Made by a program: the position numbers and the translations under genes. 64,000 bases of DNA from Lingula anatina. Its lineage: Eukaryota > Animalia > Brachiopoda. The stretch lies in contig CM120642.1 of NCBI GenBank assembly GCA_051362555.1, forward strand, positions 1,550,001 to 1,614,000. The letters are read 5' to 3'. Below are positions 53,801-64,000 of the stretch, in pieces; position 1 is the first letter of the stretch, and each line of letters opens with the position of its first letter. A model generated the notes under the pieces. The model saw only the letters and a list, made by a program, of their open reading frames with translations. It had not been told where the DNA came from and made no database searches.

Positions 53801-56178
53801 AGCAAAATTTGCAAAGTTCAGTTCATGCTGAAAAGTAGGTCAAAGGTCAATTTCAAGGTCACATTTAGATTGCCAGTATATGACTTCCTATTCAACTTCA
53901 ATAGTAACTATGGACCTATCTCTGCCAGTTTTGGAGATATAAGGGACTAAATGTTATAATTTTGGAATTACCTTAATGTGCCATAAATTTCCTGCGGCAA
54001 AAATTAATTAAAATAAAGAAAAGGTCATTTTGGTCAAAATTCTTGAAATGGGAGGTGCTCTGAAGTTCCAGAAGTTCAAATTTGATGAAATAATGTCATT
54101 TTTGACCACAAGTTGTCTGCTTTGCCAAGCCTTATGTTTTATTTTTCCAGAGTTCAAAATTTATTATCCATTACCGTACTGCACATTTTGCTTTCACCAC
54201 CAATATGTACTTTCTGATACAGCATAACTTGAAAACCGTACGGAATACAAAAAAATGGAGACCACCTCCAGTGTTGGGCTTTACATGCTCTACAAAATGC
54301 AAAAAAGAATGGGTCTCTAGCATTAACGGTTCCCGAATTAGAGACAGTTTTCAGTTTCGCCATCTTATGGCCGCTACTCCGGTGAAAATGCACTGATTGA
54401 CCCCAAATTCACGGAGATGAAGGATGACCTGAAGGGTAACACTTTCCAATAATATTATTGGTTAAGTCTGTGTGGTGTCTGAATAACAGGGCAAAAAAAT
54501 TTTTTTTCGTAAAAAATTTCATTTTTTTGAAAATTTTGGCCCGTTTGACCTTGAAGTAAAGGTCAAAGGTCAAATCCAAGGGCATATTTGAAATCTACAC
54601 ATATGACTTTTGGAAAGCCGTCTGTAGAAATTTTTCCCATAACCCCTTCCGTAGGGTAGATAATTAGCATTTAATTTTGCCATTTTTGGACAAGGGTGCA
54701 TTTCAATGAGTGCCACACCCAGACCCCAATACCGACAAAGCCCAAATTTTACGTGGAACGAGTTGAGATTATAGGTGACCTAAATCCAAGAGATGGGTAC
54801 GGGGGGCCTTACCGCCTAGGAGGAGAAGCGGTAACGGTAGCCGTCCGGCGGAGCCAACGGAGCCGGCGGAGCCGGCGGAACGATCCGGACGGGACCGAAA
54901 CCATGTGTACCGCCAGCGCTAACGCTGGTGGTACAATTAGCTTGTTTAACCACATACTTGATTCAAATTAAACAAATCAATCATAATTCTTAAAACACAA
55001 TTTCAGTAAAGTACATGAAAACGACAGTTCAAAAACTATGAAATTATGAGAAGCAACTTGCTGTAATCTTAGAAAGATCTTGAAAATGAAATTTGTAGTA
55101 TATACTTGAGGTATTTAAAAATTTGCCCAGACACTTCAATTACAGGCTCGCATAAAGTGCATCTTGTGCTTACAGTTGGGCACCTGTGTTTGGAACCTGT
55201 GGGTAATTACTATAACTGTACACAATCTCACCTGTTTGTGTTTACAGATACACCTGTGCATGGCATCCAGCTGTCTACACAACCCCTCCACTAACACTGG
55301 CACTATCTGCTGGAGAGGCATTCTCTGTGAGATCAGAACCAGAACATCTAGAGGGAGATCCAGCTCAACTAACTCAAAGTCCTCTGAAATATCATATAAT
55401 ATAGACCTTAACATACACTGACAAGTCTGTTAAGAGAGTTTATGTATGTGTATGAGTGCTTCAAACTTAGGGATATATAGAAGGCATAAAATTGACTCCT
55501 GTTACTGTAATGGTGGCCTAAATTTACGAAATAAACATTATTATTATCCATACCCCATGAATGAGATCATTATGTGTAACATGAGGAACTTACAACTTCT
55601 GTATTTACTGGACAGCTTAATCTTGGTAGAATACTTTTAAAAACATTTCTGATAAACTAAAGATATAGTATTATGTATTATTTGATCATACTATGCCTTT
55701 AAAAAATTAAACCATAAAAACATGAGGCAATCTTATGAAACATTATATCATATTTTAATAGCCAAGAAGCTTCTCTACAACAGAAGTGCTATATTTTAAG
55801 CTTTGGAGTGTTAAAGAAAGCAATGAAAGCTGCAAAACTTCCAAGGTGAGCATAGTAACCAGGTGAGCATAGAGTATGGTGTAAATACCTTTCCCAAAAT
55901 AATGCATCAAGTTATGTTACTCCATGTCAGTCATTGTAAGTTCTTCTTTTAAAAAGAGCTTTGTTAATATCTTAGCATCATTTTTATATCAAACACTGAG
56001 ATAGCATATGCAATTCTAAACATAAAGCCAGCGCTATGTGTTTTAATATCAAGTTAATAAATAAGCAAAAGCAAGCCATTACCCTTACTGTGTTCGTAGT
56101 GGATGATGGGGGCACATCCTATACCAGTGTCAAGGTCACCTGTCACTTGGAACAGGACATTGACACCCACTGGATCCT

Positions 56179-56228
<50 letters not shown>

Positions 56229-56919
56229 TGTTCAGGTCTCCAGTTACTTAGAATAGAACATTAATACCCACAAGATCCTGTAATGACAGAAATCAATGAA
56301 TAATAATAATAATTGTCTAGGTCTCCAATCACTTGGAAATTAACTGAATAACCATAATTGGAAGACAGAAACAAACAATAAATATAAATAATTTTCCTTT
56401 TACTAATTTAAGTAGAAATGTTGTGGATTTTTTATTTTTGAAATTACATAAGATAACATAAAATTACATAAAAATGTACCTAAATATAAATAATTTTATT
56501 GAGTGCCACCTCTTATTTAACCAAGGAACCTCTGGAAAAAGAAAGTCAATGACCTCACTACAACAGAGATAATGAAATATAAAAAGAAAGCTAAATCTTA
56601 CCTCACTTCTGCTCTTTTTTTTCTTTTTAGAACCAGAATTACTTCCTTCCTCTTCATCATCAATGTAATTTAAAAGATCTGCACAAGTCAGTCCTTCTGT
56701 GTTCAAAGTACTTAAAGAAGAATCATTCTCACTTTGATTGGATAATAAAACTGAGCTGTTTTGAATGTGGAATACTGCTGCATTGGACTGTAACCGGTCT
56801 TGAAGGTCTTCTATTTCTATGGCAATTTTTTCTTGACACTTATCTGAAATTCATTTGAGAACAAAATGCAGGTCAGCAATTTTCTACTATAATTCTATTT
56901 AGCAAAGATCAAATGTTAC

Positions 56920-56950
<31 letters not shown>

Positions 56951-57327
56951 TCCAATATTAAAATAAAAATTAAAATAAGCTGACCCTGAATACAATCCAG
57001 TTTATACAACATTTATTTTTTCAATTAATTCCTCACAAATTTTTCATAACTTGATAAGAATATGAAATAACAAAAACATACCTGGTAAGTGTACATTTTC
57101 AAACCTCAGCTGTAGTCGAGGTCGTAGCCTAAATATCAGACTATCTTCAAAACTAAGGCTATCCTCCTGGGCCCTGTGTACTTTAACCCTGACCACCTCA
57201 TTGTCCTGTACATTACACAGATGCACCGTGTCCTCCGTCACCAGAGGGTTACCCTTGTCCAGGTGACACACCAGGAAGTTTTTGCCTTGGAGGACATCCT
57301 ACGTAAATATAAAGTGGTGAAGTGACA

Positions 57328-57358
<31 letters not shown>

Positions 57359-59095
57359 ATATATAAATTCTGAGATATTGCATTATTTAGAATGATACAC
57401 CACCCATCCTGGACAAAAAGAAAAAAATATTCAGTTCAACAGACCTGGTCAAAAAGATCTCCAATGGATCAATCACACTGAAGTTTCCTAACCCAAAGTT
57501 TCAAGAAGTGAAAACAATAAAGAGGCCATGAACACAACTACAGGCAAATATCACATATTATACATGTTATTAAAATGCTGGCAGATACCTCAATTCCCAG
57601 GGTCAGTATTTTTCTGCTCTCTTTGACGAGTGCAGATTCTGACGTAACTGCTGGTGAAATACAGTACACTCCACATACATCAAACCCTGAAACACAGAAA
57701 AAAGATCAATATATTTATTAATGTTTTTCAAATTTGGCTAAATCAACACTATTTTTACTAAGTAATAGTGAAAGTTTTTAAAATTGGTTTAATGGAAATG
57801 TGTCAATGCGGAAATTTTGACAGAAAAGATTCTCTCAAGATTTTTCCTCTGTAAATAATAAAAAGAGAAATACAAAAAAACATTCACCAGCAGGCAACAA
57901 CTGTATAGTTTCTCTTAGATCCTGCACCAGGGTGTTGCTCTTAGATCTAGTGTGTACAGCACAGTTTACAATGAAGATGTCTCTCTCCTCCCAACTAGCT
58001 GGGCCAACAAGAAAACCAAAGGTTTTGGGTTCACAAGTGGGGGAAATATTAATAAGGTCCTAAAAGAAGCAAGGAGTATACACCTTACCATTATTTCCAT
58101 CAATTTTTATATTTATGTAATGTTTAATTATTTTAATAGATTTTAACAGTTTTCACAAATTTATTGATAGTTTTTATTCAAGTACTGGAATCAAGAAAAC
58201 TAAATTTTGGATATTATCAGAAATGAAATCTACAGAAAAACAATAAAATATATTACAGGTACATTCTTTGAAATAGTTACAGATCAATTATTGTCTTATA
58301 ATAAAATAAAAAATAATTTACCTGCAAATTGTCATTTTGGATTTAATGATTGCAATTATGATTATCATATGGATTTTTTGTATTGGTATATTGATTAGAA
58401 ATGACTCACCTCACAGACTCCAGATGAAATGGTAACTCCTGGCTCTGCTACATTCGAAGATGCAACATTTTCCTGTATGAAGACAATAGGAAATAAGTCA
58501 TTATGTCTTGAAACATAAATCTCAGTCATATACAAAATAATAAATAAAAAATAATAAAGTGTGTCAAATTACCAATCACTAAATAAAACTCAATATCTTG
58601 TTGATTATGGTTCAAGAAGCATTCACATTAGACATATGCAATTTTCAATTGTTAAGGTCTAAAACTTGAATAATTATAATTAGAAACCATTTATTTTAGG
58701 CTGTACAAATTACTGTTACACTTGGCTCAGAAACGAATGATAATAACAAATACCAAATTACCATCCCATGAGTGGCCTTGTTTTGATTGAATTATGAAGC
58801 TGTAGCTCGACGAAGAAAAAAGGTCATATTTATAGCAGTAGTGTGACTCTTTTCGTTGGATGTTTTCGTTCTGTCAACATATGTTTGGCCACGGTGGCAA
58901 AACCATTTAGCGTACTTTTTCGAAGATTGGTGGCAATTTAAGGAATAATTGCTCTTTAGATGAAATCTGAATTACTTTGGTGTTTCAAGATACTAAAAAC
59001 CATACTTAGATTATTTCACTTTATCCAGATAGAAAAAATTAGGGGTTTACCTTGAATATACCAGCGGCAAATGTTACCTCTGTGGGCGCAGCCAT
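49124..59095 (-). CDS. UFSP2: UFM1-specific protease 2
   Basis: Exons 59095-59051, 58472-58410, 58059-57888, 57686-57589, 57298-57082, 56843-56602, 56176-56083, 55383-55232, 52020-51915, 51554-51408, 51099-50921 ([23 protein letters not shown], catalytic Cys), 50555-50457, 49998-49896, 49685-49561 (FLILDPHY, catalytic Asp-Pro-His) and 49210-49124 (GWCGWK...[13 protein letters not shown]). The N-terminal exon usage is less certain. Confidence 0.93.
50320..50440. repeat. About 48-bp CA-rich tandem repeat at the start of a UFSP2 intron
   Basis: taccacaatactaatatctcaaccagcacaatctcacacatctcaa, about 2.5 copies. Confidence 0.8.
52080..54937 (-). mobile_element. Same Helentron-like family, copy 4 (UFSP2 intron), about nine 146-bp units
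   Basis: aactagaggatcagagaggcgataccgcctcc...gctggtggtacaat termini; array at about 52620-53940. Confidence 0.8.
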
Positions 59096-59443
59096 CTTGG
59101 GAAATGAGGCTAATTACTTCCGCTTCTTCCAAAAATTATTCCGCACCGAGACAATGTTCTTGTAGATATTTTACACTTCAATGTACTAAATCTCCATCTT
59201 TGATTATAAATGCAAATTATGATTTCCGAAATACTTTTTAACTCCCTTCGTGAAATAAACTACCAAATTAAATCATCTTAGGCAGAGTGGAACTTTCTTT
59301 TTTCTCGTCATAACCTCCCCGAGCGGTAAGACGGCTAGGAAGAAGCAGACGATGGATGCTGTCACTTACGAGTAGACCTAAATTTGTTTGTGATATTTAT
59401 TGCATCCGATTTTGAAACGAAAACTAGTTGTTTAAGAGTCAGC
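59096..59443. promoter_or_regulatory. Putative bidirectional promoter between UFSP2 and SLC25A43
   Basis: Start codons diverge about 350 bp apart. A YY1-like CAAGATGGC overlaps the UFSP2 ATG and an ETS-like ACTTCCG lies near 59116. Confidence 0.65.
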
Positions 59444-62353
59444 ATGTCAAGGGCAAAGGCTGAATCAAGGCTTACAATAACACAGAATTTTATTTGCGGA
59501 GGTTTGGCCGGAATGTTTAGCAGAACGGTCCTTTCTCCTTTAGAAGTTGTTAGAATATCTTGTCAAATAGGGACGCCGGAAACGCGACAGGGTGCTTACA
59601 GAGCCTTCAGGACTCTATACCAGCAGCAAGGATGGAAGGCATTCTGGAAAGGAAACGCTGTAGCCTGTTTCAGACTTCCTCTCTACTCAGTTATTCATCT
59701 TTTTACTTATGAAAATCTGTCATTAAAACTTGTGGATGAACAGGGACGGCTTTCTGCATCCACGGCCACGATTGCTTGTATGGGGGCAGCAATTAGTTCT
59801 ACAGCTGTTTTATACCCCACTGACTTGGTTATGGCTAGATTAATAGCACAAAATGCTGACAAAAAACAGGCAAGATACAGCGGTATGACCCATGCTATAA
59901 AAATGATCTGGAAAGAGGAGGGATTTTTACGGTTATATAGGGGGTTGTCATTAGCAGTTTTAGGTACATATGGCTTTGTTATTTTTTGGCCATTACCAGT
60001 GCTCTTATCACACGTTTAAACTAAGCTTTGAAATGTATGCTTTGTTTTGTTTTGTTTTAGAAATCCACTTAAAATATTTTGAAAATAGAATGTTTTTAAC
60101 ATGAATATCCTATAAAGCCTGAAATATCTCAATTTTAAAACATGTAATTACCTAAAGCCAGAAAAGTAATTTAACCAAACAGTTGTCAGATGGTGGCATA
60201 CAGTTATGTTATCTTTTTTTATTTATTACAGAATTAATACCTTTTACTGGCGTAGTTTATTTTACCCATAGTGCAATAGATCAGTTAATAGATAAGCCAA
60301 AGTCAGAAATATCCACAGAAGAACATTTTGCAAGGTGGTGCATGTCAACTGCGTTTGCCAAAATGATAGTGTATCCTTTGCATACAATAAAGAGGAAAAT
60401 GCAGGTATGTTTACAAAACTCATTCTAAACTACCAGTGACACGAAAATTATCAAAATCTTTATAGTAATAGAATGATACAAAAAAAAAAAGGGAATTAGA
60501 AAGTATGCTTGTTATTTGCAATCGTTGCTTGTCAATATTAATATCAACTCACACACTCAGAAACAGTTGTATAACATTTGTGATTATATATTATAAAGTT
60601 CTCAATTTTTAAACCACTTGCATATTTCTTAGAATATGGCATTCATTTACTAATTTCATGTAATAATAAGATATAATGGGTAGTCTTATTGTTTCAAAGA
60701 TAACTCATCAGTGCAGAGAAAGAATTAAACATTTTATCCAAGCACAACTTGAACTACACTTGTTATGATTTTTTTTTATAAATTATATATTAAATCATAA
60801 CTAATTGTAACTATACTAGTTTAATGGCATATTTTCCTTTAACTTCATTGCAGCTGCATTTGTTATTTTTTAATTAGATTACATTAAATTATAACTTAAA
60901 GGGATAATAACTCTTCGTATGAGATCTATATTTCACAATAAAAACATTGTGAATAACTCATAGAAATATAATATTTTTTTTTTTACGACATAAACAGCAG
61001 TTATAGCTATTATTCTGATATTTGAGCATGCTTCAGACCTCGTGACCTCCATTGATAGCTATACTCTGTTATAATCTCTTAAGAGATTTTAACAAAAAAC
61101 CAAACTTTTTAGAAAAAAACCAGGGGCTAACTTTGAATGTAAAAGTGGATTCATTAACCATTGGCAAGTATGGGAAAATTGATGTTTACTCCAGGAAAAT
61201 TCATTTTGTGGCCAAAATGAGTTATTATCCCTTTAATTGTAAGCAATATTTGACATATTTTTTCAAACTCCAGGCATCGTCTGCAGTTCTACCAGACAGA
61301 GGTGGTGTGGATGTGGACTTCAGGGGCATGTGGGATGCCTTCAGACAGACTGGCTTCACTGGTCTTTGGAGGGGAGCTACTGTAGGATTACTGAAGGTAA
61401 AATTATTATTTGGAAGATGGCATCTAGGTTTGAGATGACGTTATCAGAAAATTAAGGATGTTTGTAGGAGAAAAAAATTGCAAGGAAAGAATTCTTATTT
61501 GTAAAAAGGAGCCAAGTTTTTGTCAAAATTTGTATGTAAACATGTATTGGTATTTGAATAATTTTATTTTTAAAAAATGTGACACAATCCAAACATCAAC
61601 CACACCTGACACAATCCAAACATCAACCACAACTGACACAATCCAAACATCAACCACACCTGACACAATCCAAACATCAACCACAACTGACACAATCCAA
61701 ACATCAACCACACCTGACACAATCCAAACATCAACCACACCTGACACAATCCAAACATCAACCACAACTGACACAATCCAAACATCAACCACACCTGACA
61801 CAATCCAAACATCAACCACACCTGACACAATCCAAACATCAACCACACCTGACACAATCCAAACATCAACCACACCTGACACAATCCAAACATCAACCAC
61901 AACTGACACAATCCAAACATCAACCACAACTGACACAATCCAAACATCAACCACACCTGACACAATCCAAACATCAACCACACCTGACACAATCCAAACA
62001 TCAACCACACCTGACACAATCCAAACATCAACCACACCTGACACAATCCAAACATCAACCACACCTGACACAATCCAAACATCAACCACACCTGACACAA
62101 TCCAAACATCAACCCAAATATCTGACAGGTGTATCTTACATTGACCTAGGTAGTGCCCTACAGTGTCATCATGATGCTGGCCTTTGAATACATGAAGAGA
62201 CCATTCCTGTTCTACAACAGATACACCACCAGTCCCTGGTTTGAGGAGTTCTGTCCAGGGGTGGACCAGTCCCTCAGGCCGCATGAGTTGGAGGAGTGGT
62301 ATCGACAGAGAGCTAATTTAGAGCGCAGGCCACCTGTGCTCATAGATGATTGA
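59444..62353 (+). CDS. SLC25A43: Mitochondrial carrier SLC25A43
   Basis: Exons 59444-59963 (WKGNAVACFRL, YPTDLVMARL), 60232-60404 (YPLHTIKRKMQ), 61274-61396 (LPDRGGVDVDFRG) and 62150-62353 (PGVDQSLRPHEL). GGVDV.F.G and PGVDQSL.P.EL match recalled human SLC25A43. Confidence 0.92.
61580..62115. repeat. 27-bp minisatellite, about 20 copies, in the last SLC25A43 intron
   Basis: Unit GACACAATCCAAACATCAACCACA(C/A)CT. Confidence 0.95.
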
Positions 62354-63020
62354 CTTAGAATGTGTGATATCCCTGCTTTGAATGTGAACCCATGTTTTAT
62401 GTCTAGCATTGCCCTATCTGGTAGTTTAAAGTTAACTGAACAATCATTGAAATTTTGACTTGTATAAATTTTTGATTAGGATAACTTCATACTTTTTTTA
62501 TCTCTGCTGAGGATTTGACTCTTTGAATTTGGGATAATAAGATTGACTGAATTTTTCAGTGGTGATAAGGTTATCTCCAGTTATAGTTTGACTGTTAAGA
62601 CTGTCATGTACATTTTGAAAACTGAAATGGGTAATTTTTTTTCTGAAAAAAAAAAATAAATAAATAAATAAATAAAATGATAAAAACTGAAAGATTTGTG
62701 TGATTTTAGTGAAAAAATTAGCAGGCCCCAAATCACCCTGGCACTTTTTCCTCTTTTTGAAGTACATTAACAAATTGTGTTGTTTTACACTTGAAAAATA
62801 CGTTATTATGACATTCGAACTGAATGGTTACAATAGTTCACTGCATTTTTACTGTGAGTCGATATGGATTTTTATATTTGCAAATATATTATTCATTTAA
62901 AAAGTGTTCCATGCCTTTGAAATATAATCATAGACTAGATTTAAAAGGCATAATGGGGAAAATACAAAAAAATTGAAAATCTCACAAGCATATCCATAAA
63001 GTTGACAGTACTTTGCAATC

Positions 63021-63051
<31 letters not shown>

Positions 63052-64000
63052 GAAATTATGAAATCTTAATAATAATTTAGGGTGTAACATATTTGATATA
63101 ACTTGAAAAATCTAAATTAACATCAAAAATGTGTTTTTTCTTTCTGTGACACTCCATACAGTGGGGTTAGAAATTGCAAACACGCTTGAGCTGAGACTCT
63201 TGTTGAAGGAGTAACTGATCTGCGAAATGTCAAGTAAGTGGTTTGTGATAAAAGATGAAATGCAATTCATTACAAATTGTACAGTAACTGCATTGTTTGT
63301 GCTCAATGTCATTTCCTGGGACATAAAAATGCTTTTTACTCATTGTGGTGTCTGAAGAGCATTCTATATGAAGTTGTATTATTTTACACCCATTTAATTA
63401 AATATTGATAAATCTAGGATATTGTTAATAGAAATCTACATGATATGTATCCAGACTTTGAGTGACTTGGATTCAGGGTATATAATCTCCATGTGGTCTG
63501 TTCTGGGGACAAAACACACTGTTTGCTATTTAAATTTCACTTGATAATAAAATCCATACGTCCAATAGAATGCTGTAATAAATGCATTACTTGTTCATTA
63601 GTCTGATTTGAATAGTAATTTTATACCATCAAAGTGATGTGTTTTCTGATTTGCTACTGTATAGCCAGCAATTTTAAAGGAAGGGGGGGGGGGTCTTTTT
63701 CTGTATGGGTGGAGCATATTACCCCCTATGTTGACCCATTGAAGAAATGACATAGAATCTAGAACAAATGTTGATTAACAGCAGACCTTTTCCTCCCAAA
63801 AGGGGATTTTTTCGACCCCCCCTGCCCCTCCTGGGACTTCAGCTTGGTCATAATGTTAGATTTGTGGATATACATATATACGTATAGTTGGGTGTGGACA
63901 GGACAAATAATTTGCTGTGCTGGCTATGAAAAAGTTTCAGGTGAGCATGGCTTTGACATAGTATGCTAAATACACTGTGGATTTGCAAATGTACGTAGAA

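Noticed and set aside
61458-62284. Long ORFs in four frames (DTIQTSTTP, VWIVSGVVD and similar repeats)
   Set aside because: Artefact of a stop-free 27-bp minisatellite inside an SLC25A43 intron.
62400-64000. Further gene at the right edge
   Set aside because: Only short AT-rich ORFs, and no coherent exon chain found.

Overview
AT-rich, intron-rich animal genomic DNA, not prokaryotic. It is probably from a marine invertebrate such as a mollusc, which I infer from the repeat content only. By hand-splicing GT-AG exons I reconstruct six genes: a METTL27-like methyltransferase (-, runs off the window start), ANKH (-), ANKRD10 (+), UBE2A/Rad6 (+), UFSP2 (-) and SLC25A43 (+). ANKH/ANKRD10 and UFSP2/SLC25A43 are head-to-head pairs. 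Two things stand out. (1) Three adjacent genes each carry tandem-duplicated homologous exons: ANKH has a 135/135-nt pair separated by only 49 nt, ANKRD10 has a 153/162-nt pair separated by 51 nt plus several alternative terminal exons, and UBE2A has two homologous last exons, one with a yeast-Rad6-like acidic tail. Many smaller tandem duplications sit exactly on splice sites. (2) Four intronic copies of a non-autonomous Helentron/DINE-like element carry arrays of a 146-bp unit. Each unit holds a perfect DR1 (AGGTCA-A-AGGTCA) plus overlapping ROR, NR4A and SF-1-type nuclear-receptor sites, and two copies form a large inverted repeat around ANKH exon 2. Orthology calls rest on recalled similarity to human proteins and were not checked by database search.
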